DNA from: a virus
Taxonomy: Duplodnaviria > Caudoviricetes
IMG/VR virus record: IMGVR_UViG_3300030101_003566
Span: 1 to 57,967 of that record
Length of the DNA stretch: 57,967 bases
Reading direction: 5' to 3' (one strand)
This document shows positions 44,715 through 53,869 of this stretch, piece by piece. The first letter of the stretch is position 1. Every line of letters starts with the position of its first letter. Position numbers and translations under genes: made by a program. The notes below the pieces were generated by a model. The model did not search any database. It had not been told where the DNA came from and worked only from the letters and a program-made list of their open reading frames with translations.

Positions 44715-46245
44715 TCCAAATTTTACGACTGATACCAGTGGCTGGGAGTTGTCTGATAATAACCAAGATAAGGTCAAAAGAGACCCTGCGACTTATTCTG
44801 GTTCAGCATCTAAAAGTGTAAGATTTAGGTATCAAGGCGGCAACATAAGTCAAGATGTTGATACATCCAGTTTACCGGAAAATCATTTAATTAAAGAAAT
44901 TAATATGAATTTTGATTCCATCGGTTGTGGTAACTCAGGCACTGAATGGTGTAATGCTGGGGCTGATGATACGGTGGTGTCTACCATTACGATTGAAAGT
45001 GCAACTGAAATAGAGGTAATATCTGAATCTGTAGCTGTGCCATATGAAGATGGCTGGGAAAGCTATTCTTTTACTAAAGATGTAACAGGCGATTTCAATA
45101 CAGACGATACCTCACTTAATCTGACAATCACGGGTAATGATACAGGTAACAGCAGTAACTGGTATGGGCCTATCATCGACAATTTGAATTTTAGTGTAAC
45201 CACAGAACAATATGTGGCTCCGATAGTAGAACCTATTGTAATTACACCTGTCATTGTTGAGCCTATAATAGAACAAACTGTCATTGTTGAGCCCATAATA
45301 GAACAAATAGTTGAGCAAGAGATAACCAACTCTATTGTTGGCGGACTTGATTTAGAAATGTCTGTTACTAATGAAATAATATTAGAACAGCCAATTATTG
45401 AAATAACACCTGTAAGTGTAAATATTACACCAGATATTAATTTAGATATGCCCGTAGAAATATCGGTTGAGCCGATTGACATGGACATACCAGAACAAAT
45501 TGATGTTGTCATTGAAATCCCTGTTGCACCTGTAATATCGGTTGACGTGCCAGACGTGGCTAACTTAGCACCCATAGATCAGATCGACGAGATTCAAGAA
45601 ATAGTTGAAATTGAAATTCCTGAAGTCGTTGAGGTCGAAGTTGATGTGGATGTTAGTGTCGATAGCGTGGTTGAGGAACCCGCTGAATTAAATAGCGAAG
45701 ATACACTTGACCAGGATGTAGCCGAAGTCAGTGAAGAAAAATTAGAAAGTAGTGAGGAGGTTCAAAATGAATCAGAAGAGGAAACAACAGAGAATGAAGG
45801 AGAAGCAACTAGCGAGTTATCAAACTCAGACGAAGTTGAAGAGCAAAGTGACGAAAGTAAAACCGTCGCAAAAAATAAACCTAAAGACAGCAAAGTTAAA
45901 AAGAAAAATGAGACTAAAAAGTCCACCACTAAAAATAATCAGCCTAAGCAAAAAGTTAAAAAAGTGGATAATAAAACTGAAAAGAGCAATACGTCAGCAC
46001 CTTTAAGCGTTGAGCGACTGGTGCAGATGACGCTACCAAATGCCTATTTACAAACGCTACAAGATACCCTTAAAATAGTAGAAACCGTGTCAATTACACA
46101 GGATATGATATATGAACAAAACACTTACGATCTCGTCGGGACTTCTTTTGAGTCTAGTTTTGGGGGCGATAGTGCCGATAGGTTCGACAGTCTATTGGGT
46201 CGCCAATTTAGCTACGAGAGTGGAACATACCGAAGAAGCCGTTAA
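44623..46245 (+). CDS. Exported protein: beta-sandwich domain, long acidic/Pro linker, Lys-rich segment
   Basis: Signal peptide; NLLNNPNF...YGPIIDN; 30-bp tandem duplication at 45248-45307. Confidence 0.7.
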   Translation: MNKVILCLLLAFTSTLVSHAESTTSDNLLNNPNFTTDTSGWELSDNNQDKVKRDPATYSGSASKSVRFRYQGGNISQDVDTSSLPENHLIKEINMNFDSIGCGNSGTEWCNAGADDTVVSTITIESATEIEVISESVAVPYEDGWESYSFTKDVTGDFNTDDTSLNLTITGNDTGNSSNWYGPIIDNLNFSVTTEQYVAPIVEPIVITPVIVEPIIEQTVIVEPIIEQIVEQEITNSIVGGLDLEMSVTNEIILEQPIIEITPVSVNITPDINLDMPVEISVEPIDMDIPEQIDVVIEIPVAPVISVDVPDVANLAPIDQIDEIQEIVEIEIPEVVEVEVDVDVSVDSVVEEPAELNSEDTLDQDVAEVSEEKLESSEEVQNESEEETTENEGEATSELSNSDEVEEQSDESKTVAKNKPKDSKVKKKNETKKSTTKNNQPKQKVKKVDNKTEKSNTSAPLSVERLVQMTLPNAYLQTLQDTLKIVETVSITQDMIYEQNTYDLVGTSFESSFGGDSADRFDSLLGRQFSYESGTYRRSR

Positions 46246-46468
46246 TAATTTTCAAGCAACTGATACATCAGTTTTACAGCAAAGAATTACTTCTGTTGAA
46301 GAGCGTGTACAATTTAACAGCGACAATATAGATGACGTTTGGGAAACCACAGAAAAAATTGAATATGAAATAAAAGATGTTGAAAAGTCGTTATCAGATT
46401 GGATGGATGGCGAGATAGCCAAAATTTACAACATCCTAAACGATACTGGTAATCCATTAGGCAAATGA
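46112..46468 (+). CDS. TM plus coiled-coil protein (spanin-like candidate)
   Basis: N-terminal TM, heptad pattern, C-terminal NPLG. Confidence 0.6.
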   Translation: MNKTLTISSGLLLSLVLGAIVPIGSTVYWVANLATRVEHTEEAVNNFQATDTSVLQQRITSVEERVQFNSDNIDDVWETTEKIEYEIKDVEKSLSDWMDGEIAKIYNILNDTGNPLGK

Positions 46469-46692
46469 ACATAGACTTTAAAACAGCTATATATATTATT
46501 ACACCTTTTATTCTAATCGGTGTCGCATGGGGCACATCAACTGCCAAGATCAATGAACTTGCTAAAGAAAATGAACAAATAAAAGCAAAGGTCGAAAAAG
46601 TAAATATTATGGAAGTTGAGATTAGGTATATAAAGGAACAAGTAAACAAAAATTCAACTAAACTAGATAAGATACTGGAGAAGATAGAATGA
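46465..46692 (+). CDS. TM plus coiled-coil protein
   Basis: IYIITPFILIGVAWG followed by heptads. Confidence 0.65.
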   Translation: MNIDFKTAIYIITPFILIGVAWGTSTAKINELAKENEQIKAKVEKVNIMEVEIRYIKEQVNKNSTKLDKILEKIE

Positions 46693-47066
46693 TTGGACTT
46701 ATTGTAAATGGTTTATCAAAAGCTGTAGGTGGTTACTTTGAACACAGTGCAAAAAAAGCAAAGGCTAACTCTGATCTTAAAATAGCAGAGATAGATGCAA
46801 AAACTGCTGTACAGAAAAAGGTGGCGGAAGGTAAGGTTGAATGGGAGACCGCCATGGCAAAGGCTTCTGAGGATTCCTGGAAGGATGAAGCATGGACTGT
46901 ATGCTTTATAGCTATTATAATTTTTTCTTTCATACCTTATTTTCAGCCATTTGTTGCAAGAGGTATTGAGTTTTTATCTACATTTCCAGAATGGTTACAG
47001 TGGTCGATTATGGCTAGTATCGCTGCCAGTTTTGGGTTAAAATCAATCGGTAAATTTACCAAATAG
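46689..47066 (+). CDS. Holin (3TM-type)
   Basis: SWKDEAW...PEWLQW...ASFG. Confidence 0.75.
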   Translation: MIGLIVNGLSKAVGGYFEHSAKKAKANSDLKIAEIDAKTAVQKKVAEGKVEWETAMAKASEDSWKDEAWTVCFIAIIIFSFIPYFQPFVARGIEFLSTFPEWLQWSIMASIAASFGLKSIGKFTK

Positions 47067-47075
47067 GAGGTCTAA

Positions 47076-47264
47076 ATGCCTGGGATGAAAAAAAGTAAAG
47101 GCTACGCAAAAGGCGGAGCTAAAATGATGAGAGCTAAAGGTGGTAAGATGGCCAATAAGATGGCTAAAGGTATGTCCAAAGGTGGAGCTAAAGTGAAACC
47201 AATGACTGTTGCTCAACTAAGAGCTGCTGCTAAGAAAATGGGGATGAAAGTTACTAAGGCATAA
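47076..47264 (+). CDS. Small basic protein with xxKGG repeats
   Basis: YAKGG, RAKGG, MSKGG; GGAGG SD. Confidence 0.75.
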   Translation: MPGMKKSKGYAKGGAKMMRAKGGKMANKMAKGMSKGGAKVKPMTVAQLRAAAKKMGMKVTKA

Positions 47265-47266
47265 AC

Positions 47267-47953
47267 TTGTCACACTTAATATCAAATATACCTTTAGTCT
47301 TAAAGGCTTGGGTAAGAAAAGAATTTACACACAATCATCGTGCTTATCACGGTGAGTTTCTACACTGTTATGTTATCGCAGTTAACACTATTCCAGATCG
47401 TTGTTTAAGTTTTCAAGTTATCTTTACTGGTTGTGAAGACGAAGAGAATCGTTTAGAGAACCCTCATGGTGGTGCTATGTGGGCTCGTATGCCTATTACA
47501 GCATTGGTTGAAGATGAGCCACTTGATGAAATGCCACCACCTATGCCGACCCATATCGCACAACCTTGGGATGTTTCCTCCAGAGATCATTCCATCGTTG
47601 TGTTTGATCGAACTAGCTCCAGCCCTTGGTTGGCTCGTATTGAAGGTGAGTTTTATACGGCAAAGTATTATTTCACCGTAGATTACACTAATAGTGAAAT
47701 AGCCGATGACCCAGCACAACACAAACAATCGCATGTGTTAGCTCTAACTGAGGGACCGTGGAAAGGTTGTTTTGTAGCTTTACCGAACAACAGAGTAAGA
47801 GTCACCTCCCCCGCTATGTGGGTCACGGGCAACGGACCACCAGACTTTGTGCCCTCACAATGGACGCACAAGGCAGAAGCTCATGATAGCTACATGGATT
47901 GGGAATACACTTTCAACAATTTATACGCACCTGACAATAAAAAGAAGAAATGA
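47267..47953 (+). CDS. Conserved phage hypothetical protein
   Basis: HGGAMWARMPITAL...AQPWD...YFTVDY...QHKQSH...ALPNNR. Confidence 0.8.
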   Translation: MSHLISNIPLVLKAWVRKEFTHNHRAYHGEFLHCYVIAVNTIPDRCLSFQVIFTGCEDEENRLENPHGGAMWARMPITALVEDEPLDEMPPPMPTHIAQPWDVSSRDHSIVVFDRTSSSPWLARIEGEFYTAKYYFTVDYTNSEIADDPAQHKQSHVLALTEGPWKGCFVALPNNRVRVTSPAMWVTGNGPPDFVPSQWTHKAEAHDSYMDWEYTFNNLYAPDNKKKK

Positions 47954-48705
47954 AAATAACGATAGTTGGTTATGGTTTTGTTGGCCGAGCTTTTCAATCA
48001 ATCTTACAACCGCATTACGATGTTAAAATCGTAGATCCTAAGTACAATAAAAATAAAATAAAGGATAATACAGATGCTGTAGTTGTTTGCGTTAGCACTC
48101 CAGAGGGCTTAGGTGGCATTTGTAACATGCATAATGTTCATGAGGCTGTTAGGCAAAGTCCAGATGTTCCGATTTTAATAAAAAGCACAATATCTTTAGA
48201 GGGATGGAACCACTGTAAAAAAACATACGGTAAAAGCATGTCTTTTTCGCCTGAGTTTATGCGAGAAGCATCTGCCATGAAAGATGTTAAAGAATGTGAA
48301 TATGTACTTCTTGGTGGAGACGATGTTGACTTTTGGACTGAAATTTTTAAAAAAATATACAACGCTCCATACATCCATATTGCAAAGCCACAAGAATTAA
48401 TACTGGCTAAATATTTTAGAAATGCCTTTTTGGCAACCAAAGTTTCTTTTTTTAATCAACTTTATGATCTTTGCAAAGCATCAGGTATTGACTTTAAAGA
48501 AGTGTCTGCGGCTGTAGTGTGCGATCCTAGAATAAACAGTTCACACGCCGAAGTGACAAAGCAAAGAGGTTACGCTGGAAGTTGTCTACCCAAGGACGTT
48601 AAAGCAATAGTAGCATCGGCTTTGTATTACGGTATAAATTTGAGTATATTACAAGACGTAATTAAATATAACCAACAAATAAGAGATGAAGCTGATAAGA
48701 AATGA
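47950..48705 (+). CDS. ugd: UDP-glucose/GDP-mannose dehydrogenase family protein (short form)
   Basis: IVGYGFVG Rossmann motif; IKST, SPEF, KYFRNAFLATKVSF, GYAGSCLPKD catalytic Cys. Confidence 0.85.
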   Translation: MKITIVGYGFVGRAFQSILQPHYDVKIVDPKYNKNKIKDNTDAVVVCVSTPEGLGGICNMHNVHEAVRQSPDVPILIKSTISLEGWNHCKKTYGKSMSFSPEFMREASAMKDVKECEYVLLGGDDVDFWTEIFKKIYNAPYIHIAKPQELILAKYFRNAFLATKVSFFNQLYDLCKASGIDFKEVSAAVVCDPRINSSHAEVTKQRGYAGSCLPKDVKAIVASALYYGINLSILQDVIKYNQQIRDEADKK

Positions 48706-49390
48706 TACCTCTTTTACAGTGACTGATTTTAAAATAGTTAATAAATATCAATACGGTCAGTATACCCGTAACGATGATAACGGATCACGAACTTACAATG
48801 TAAAAGATAAAAAGATACCTAGCGTTACCACTATTTTGTCTGGCACACAATCTAAACAGAAAGCAGAGGCTTTAGACAAGTGGCGTGAGAGAGTGGGCTA
48901 TGAAGAAGCTGCACGGATCACGAACCAAGCAGCCTTACGAGGCACTGAAATGCATTACGTTTTAGAACAATACTTGAATGGTCAAGGTTATTTAAACTTA
49001 ACCGAACAAGGTTCTCAACCAAGAATGATGGCACACACAATTATCGAAAATTTAAGCGATCTAAGTGAAGTATATGGAACAGAAATTAATCTTGCGTACG
49101 ACGATCAATGGGCGGGTTCTACTGATTTGGTTTGTGTTTACCAGGATAAACCAACCATAGCTGACTTTAAGCAATCCAATAAGCCAAAACGTGAAGAGTG
49201 GATTGAAGATTACTTTTACCAAATAGCTGCGTATTCTTTGGCTCACAAAAAACAATATGGTGAAATAAAACAAGGCTTAATTTTAATATGTACCAAAGAC
49301 TTAGTTTTTCAAAAGTTTGTTATGAATGAAAGTATGTTGAGTGAATATGAGAACAAGTGGTTTGAGAGAGTGCAACAATACTACAAATAA
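48686..49390 (+). CDS. PD-(D/E)XK exonuclease
   Basis: PSVTTIL...RGTEMH...AGSTDL...ADFKQS...QIAAY. Confidence 0.88.
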   Translation: MKLIRNDTSFTVTDFKIVNKYQYGQYTRNDDNGSRTYNVKDKKIPSVTTILSGTQSKQKAEALDKWRERVGYEEAARITNQAALRGTEMHYVLEQYLNGQGYLNLTEQGSQPRMMAHTIIENLSDLSEVYGTEINLAYDDQWAGSTDLVCVYQDKPTIADFKQSNKPKREEWIEDYFYQIAAYSLAHKKQYGEIKQGLILICTKDLVFQKFVMNESMLSEYENKWFERVQQYYK

Positions 49391-50784
49391 TCAAATATTT
49401 CTTCACCTAAAGTTTTAGCACTAATTTTAATTTTTTCTCGTAAAGATTTTAAAATGTATTCATCTACTGTATTTCTTGCAACTATATCAATATACAAAAC
49501 ACTTGCCTTTTGACCTGCACGATGAGCACGATCTTCAGATTGCTGACGCTCCTCTAAGTTAAAAGAGTTATTAAAATAAATGACTGTTGTTGCCTTTGTC
49601 AAATTTAAACCGTACCCGGCTGTTTGTGGATTACCAACAAAAAAACGAACCTCGTCATCTTTTTGAAAACTTTCAATAATTTTTGGTCTTTCCTTAGTTG
49701 GTGTTTTTCCGTAAATAGCAACTGTGCTATTAGTGCCATAATTTTTTTTCAACAAACTAATTATGTTTTCTAATGAGTTCACATACCTTGACCATATAAT
49801 TACTTTGCCATCCAACTCATTTAATATGTTTGGTAGTTCGTCTAATTTTGCTGAGGCCATGTTTTTAGTTTCACCTGTGTCAGTGGTGTAAAAGCCATCT
49901 GTCAGCTGTGTAAGCTTTATTATCTCAGTTAATTTATTGTTGAATGATATCTGATCATCTTCAATTATGGCTCTTGCGTGTTTTTTAAAGTCATTGTAGG
50001 CTTCAGCTTGTTCTGGTTTTAAGTCAACATATCTTTTGACATGTACCTTTGGTTTTAAGTCTAAACAATCCTTTTTTAGAACTCTATAAGAGTTCTTCTT
50101 AATTTGCTTTTCAAGATCTTCTAAATTTATGTAATAATTAGGGATTGATATTCTTTTACCAGATTCATGCACTATGTCATTCATCACACAATACCTTGCT
50201 CTAAAAACATAAAAATTATCGGTGCCAAGTAAACCTGGATTTAAAAACTCAAATTGCGAGAACAAATCTAATGGCGATTTAGTTATCGGTGAACCTGTCA
50301 ATATTCTACGATAGGTAGCTAATTGCCCTAATCGTATTAGTGATTTAGTTCTTTTGGCCGTGCGGTTTTTTATAGTCGTCGACTCATCAACCACCATCAT
50401 GGTTTTTTTACCAAAAAACTTTAAAATACTCTCTAAAAATGTCACACCAGATTTGTGGCTAAACGCCTCTACATTCATTAACAATATATTCATCTTGTTA
50501 TCCACAGGTTTAAAGTTTTTGTCTATTTTGTGCATAAAAATATTTGTTTCGCATGGACAATGTACACGAAGCTCCTCTTTCCAGTTCTGATATACAGAAT
50601 TTGGTGCTATGACAATCATTAATGTTATTTTATCTTGTTGATATAAACATGATGCATCGTCAATAGTGACTTTAGTTTTACCTGTTCCCATCTCCATTAG
50701 GTAAGCAAAAACTTTTTTGAGCCCCCCAGTTTGTAAGGCTTTCCTTTGATGTTCGAATGGTTTTGTTTTATATTCGTATGACAT
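49381..50784 (-). CDS. SNF2-family (SF2) helicase
   Basis: MEMGTGKT, VDES, LTGSP, GYGLNL, QSEDRAHRAGQ. Confidence 0.92.
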   Translation of the reverse strand: MSYEYKTKPFEHQRKALQTGGLKKVFAYLMEMGTGKTKVTIDDASCLYQQDKITLMIVIAPNSVYQNWKEELRVHCPCETNIFMHKIDKNFKPVDNKMNILLMNVEAFSHKSGVTFLESILKFFGKKTMMVVDESTTIKNRTAKRTKSLIRLGQLATYRRILTGSPITKSPLDLFSQFEFLNPGLLGTDNFYVFRARYCVMNDIVHESGKRISIPNYYINLEDLEKQIKKNSYRVLKKDCLDLKPKVHVKRYVDLKPEQAEAYNDFKKHARAIIEDDQISFNNKLTEIIKLTQLTDGFYTTDTGETKNMASAKLDELPNILNELDGKVIIWSRYVNSLENIISLLKKNYGTNSTVAIYGKTPTKERPKIIESFQKDDEVRFFVGNPQTAGYGLNLTKATTVIYFNNSFNLEERQQSEDRAHRAGQKASVLYIDIVARNTVDEYILKSLREKIKISAKTLGEEIFDYL

Positions 50785-50807
50785 AGCAGTATTTTATAAT
50801 CCGACTA

Positions 50808-50836
50808 TTGACAATGCAATAAGAAAATAATAAGGT
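50808..50836 (+). promoter_or_regulatory. Sigma70-like promoter of the replication operon
   Basis: TTGACA-17-TAAGGT in the divergent intergenic region. Confidence 0.5.
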
Positions 50837-50868
50837 TGAGTTTCTATAATTTTATATAGGAGGGTCCT

Positions 50869-51408
50869 ATGGATCTTGAAGCACTGTCTACAGTAACAGT
50901 AGATACAGAAGCGGCAAAAGGTATAGCCCAAGAGTGCAACAAGTTGATAGAGACTCAGAAAGAAGTAGCGAACATGGAAGAGCAAATAAAAAAGCTTAAA
51001 GAAACTGAGCGTAATCTTTCTGAACAATCTATCCCAAACTTAATGCAACAGGCTGGTATTAGTGAGATTAAATTAGATGATGGCACTGCCATTTCAATAA
51101 AAACTTACTATGCTGCAAGTATCTCTAAAGCTAATGAAGACGAAGCTTTTAATTGGCTTCGTGATAATGGTTTTGGAGATTTAATTAAAAACAACGTGAT
51201 CTTACAATTTGGTAAAGCACAAGATGAGGATGCAAATAGTCTTGTTAGTGACCTTAAAAGTAAAGGTCATAGTGTCTCGCAAAAAATGAAAGTAGAACCG
51301 CAAACACTTAAAAAATTTCTAAGAGAAGAAATTGAAGCAGGTAAAAATGTTCCAGCGGATTTATTTGGCGTTTTTGTAGGCAACCGAACCACGATTAAAC
51401 GAAAATAG
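50869..51408 (+). CDS. Conserved replication-module coiled-coil protein
   Basis: EAFNWLRDNGFGDLIK...VEPQTLK...LFGVF. Confidence 0.8.
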   Translation: MDLEALSTVTVDTEAAKGIAQECNKLIETQKEVANMEEQIKKLKETERNLSEQSIPNLMQQAGISEIKLDDGTAISIKTYYAASISKANEDEAFNWLRDNGFGDLIKNNVILQFGKAQDEDANSLVSDLKSKGHSVSQKMKVEPQTLKKFLREEIEAGKNVPADLFGVFVGNRTTIKRK

Positions 51409-51418
51409 GAGATAGAAA

Positions 51419-52282
51419 ATGGCGACAAAGAAAGAAGTAACAAAGAAACAAACAACAGAGATAATGGTAGGTGATCTAGGAAGTCTTGAAGACTTTGCTG
51501 GTCAAGGAATGGAAAACGTAGGTATTGAAGATATAAAAATACCTGAAATAAAATGTGCATCTGGCGGCACACCTGAGGTCAATGAAGATGATTCTAAATA
51601 CATAGAAGGGTGTAAGGTTGGTGATATTTTTAATAATGCTACCAAATCAGTCTATGGGGGTTATAAAAGAGATAATGGAAAAGGTGTCCTTGCTGTACCA
51701 TGCCACTATTATTTGAATTGGGTTGAATGGTCAACTATGGGGACAGGCTCAAGTGCCCCAGAGAATGTGTACAATGACAATAGTATTATGGCACAAACAT
51801 CAAGAAAACCAGCATCTGAGAATGACTACAAGGATTATTTACCAAATGGTCATTATGTTGCAGAAACAGCTAATCATTTTGTTTTACTTTTAGATGAAGA
51901 TTATCAGCCCTTGGAACAAGGATTGATTCGTATGGCTGCCACACAAAGAAAAAAGTCCAAACTTTGGAATACTATGATAACTCAAAAAAAAATGAAAAGT
52001 AAAAATGGTGGCTTTTTTACACCAGCTTCATGGTGCGGAGTGTATCGCTTAACCACTTGTCAAGAACAAAAAGGCACAGTAAGTTGGACTGGTTGGGTCA
52101 TAAACTTTGACCGTATGTTAGATAAACCTGAGGATGAAAATACATTAAAGGCCGCTCATAAGTTTTGCCAAGATGCGAAAAATTTTGACATGTCATCAAA
52201 TGCAACTGCGACAGAGACCATCGCCGTAAATGATGAAAAAGCAGAGTCTAATGCAAGAAAAGAAGAAGACGTTCCTTTTTAA
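51419..52282 (+). CDS. Putative single-stranded DNA-binding protein
   Basis: Acidic tail ending EEDVPF; located before the primase. Confidence 0.6.
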   Translation: MATKKEVTKKQTTEIMVGDLGSLEDFAGQGMENVGIEDIKIPEIKCASGGTPEVNEDDSKYIEGCKVGDIFNNATKSVYGGYKRDNGKGVLAVPCHYYLNWVEWSTMGTGSSAPENVYNDNSIMAQTSRKPASENDYKDYLPNGHYVAETANHFVLLLDEDYQPLEQGLIRMAATQRKKSKLWNTMITQKKMKSKNGGFFTPASWCGVYRLTTCQEQKGTVSWTGWVINFDRMLDKPEDENTLKAAHKFCQDAKNFDMSSNATATETIAVNDEKAESNARKEEDVPF

Positions 52283-52285
52283 AAA

Positions 52286-53869
52286 ATGCACAAAGAACTG
52301 TTTAAGCTTTTTCAAGGTGATAACACTTGTTACCTCAAATCTTTGCTCACCGGCACAGATGATGAGCGAGGTAAGAAAGAAGCTCAATATCAAACAGTTC
52401 ATGAACAACTTACCCCTCTGCATTGGAAACATCACTTAGCAGGTAAGACACGCATAGGCATTCGTCCAGAGATTGGGGACGAGTGCTTATGGGGTTGCAT
52501 AGATGTAGATCCTAATAATTACAAAGACTATTCTGAAAAGAAATATGTCGATATTATAACTAAGTATCGTTTACCTTTAGTGCCAGTCATGTCAAAGTCT
52601 GGCGGACTACACATATTTGTTTTTTTTAAAGAACTTGCTGAGACCAGCAAAGTTAAACAAAAATTAAATGAAATTAACGAGCAGTATTTTTTATCTAATG
52701 AAGTATTCCCAATGAACAAGGCTGTTAATATGCCTTACTTTAATTCAGACAGAACTATGGAATATGCCTTTGATGAAAACAATACACCTTTAATGGTGGG
52801 TGGTTTTCTAGATGCGGCTAAAAAAAGAATGATCAGCCCAAGTGATTTTTTCAAATTAAAAGTACAAGACTATGAGGCTGAATCAGAGTGGAGTCATTAT
52901 GCTCCTTGTGTGCAAAAATTAATTCAAGAAGGTTGGTCTGGTAACAATCGTAATAATTATTTGTTTAATGTTTTAGTGTTGGAGATGAAGAAGAACTCTA
53001 CCTTAGCTGTCAAAAATTTAGAAGAGATTGGTTTTGCTCGTAACTCTGAAATATTTTCCACTCCCTTACCTAGAAATGAAGTGAGTTCATTATGTAAGTC
53101 AGTGCATAAACAAGGTTATGAATTTCAATGTCCACCTAAACACGCAGAGTTTGGACCAATATGTAATAAAGAACTTTGTAAAACAAGACGTTTAGGCATA
53201 GGTGAAGCAGTACCAGAAATAATTGATGCTTTTGAAAATATAACTTACATACAAGACACTAAAAATGTGTGGTATGAATTTGATTTTAAAGGACAACATG
53301 TTATGGTAACACCTGAAGATATGAAAGATGAAAAGTCTTTTAGAGTGAAACTTTTAAGGCACCGACTCTACTGGATGACTTTACCCAAACCTCCAAAAGG
53401 TCCGTCACCTTTCGAGCTATTAATGAAAGGTATCGTTGAGAAAGCAGTTGAAAATAAAGAGCACACTTATGAAGACACCCTTGAAGAGGAAAGATACAAA
53501 GTGCTGAAAGATTTTTTTGAATCGCATGTTGAACAAGACAAGTTCACTAAATTAAAAGACGGTTATGTGGTTTTAGATTCAAAGACAAACATATGTTACT
53601 TCAAAAAAATAACCCTTGATCAGTTTCTAAAAAAGAAAGCAGCTAAAGTTTTTAACACCACAGCCGATGCGATAAGACTCTTAGGCTGTAAAAGAAAAGA
53701 TTATCACGAAGGTGAAAAAAATGTCTGGCATGTAGAGATGCCAGATTTTGTAAATCATCAAGCTATAAAATTCAAAACTAACAACACAGATTTAACAGAG
53801 ATGGATGATAAATACCATGATAAGTTCAGGCATTCAGAAACAAAAAGCGATTTACCACAAGACACTTAA
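52286..53869 (+). CDS. AEP-type primase (PrimPol-like)
   Basis: WGCIDVD, SKSGGLHIF, NMPY; PriCT-like PCV...RNNYLFN. Confidence 0.82.
   Translation: MHKELFKLFQGDNTCYLKSLLTGTDDERGKKEAQYQTVHEQLTPLHWKHHLAGKTRIGIRPEIGDECLWGCIDVDPNNYKDYSEKKYVDIITKYRLPLVPVMSKSGGLHIFVFFKELAETSKVKQKLNEINEQYFLSNEVFPMNKAVNMPYFNSDRTMEYAFDENNTPLMVGGFLDAAKKRMISPSDFFKLKVQDYEAESEWSHYAPCVQKLIQEGWSGNNRNNYLFNVLVLEMKKNSTLAVKNLEEIGFARNSEIFSTPLPRNEVSSLCKSVHKQGYEFQCPPKHAEFGPICNKELCKTRRLGIGEAVPEIIDAFENITYIQDTKNVWYEFDFKGQHVMVTPEDMKDEKSFRVKLLRHRLYWMTLPKPPKGPSPFELLMKGIVEKAVENKEHTYEDTLEEERYKVLKDFFESHVEQDKFTKLKDGYVVLDSKTNICYFKKITLDQFLKKKAAKVFNTTADAIRLLGCKRKDYHEGEKNVWHVEMPDFVNHQAIKFKTNNTDLTEMDDKYHDKFRHSETKSDLPQDT

Noticed and set aside
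48686-49390. Exonuclease as Cas4 of a CRISPR system
   Set aside because: No four-Cys Fe-S pattern and no array; it is an ordinary phage PD-(D/E)XK exonuclease next to replication genes
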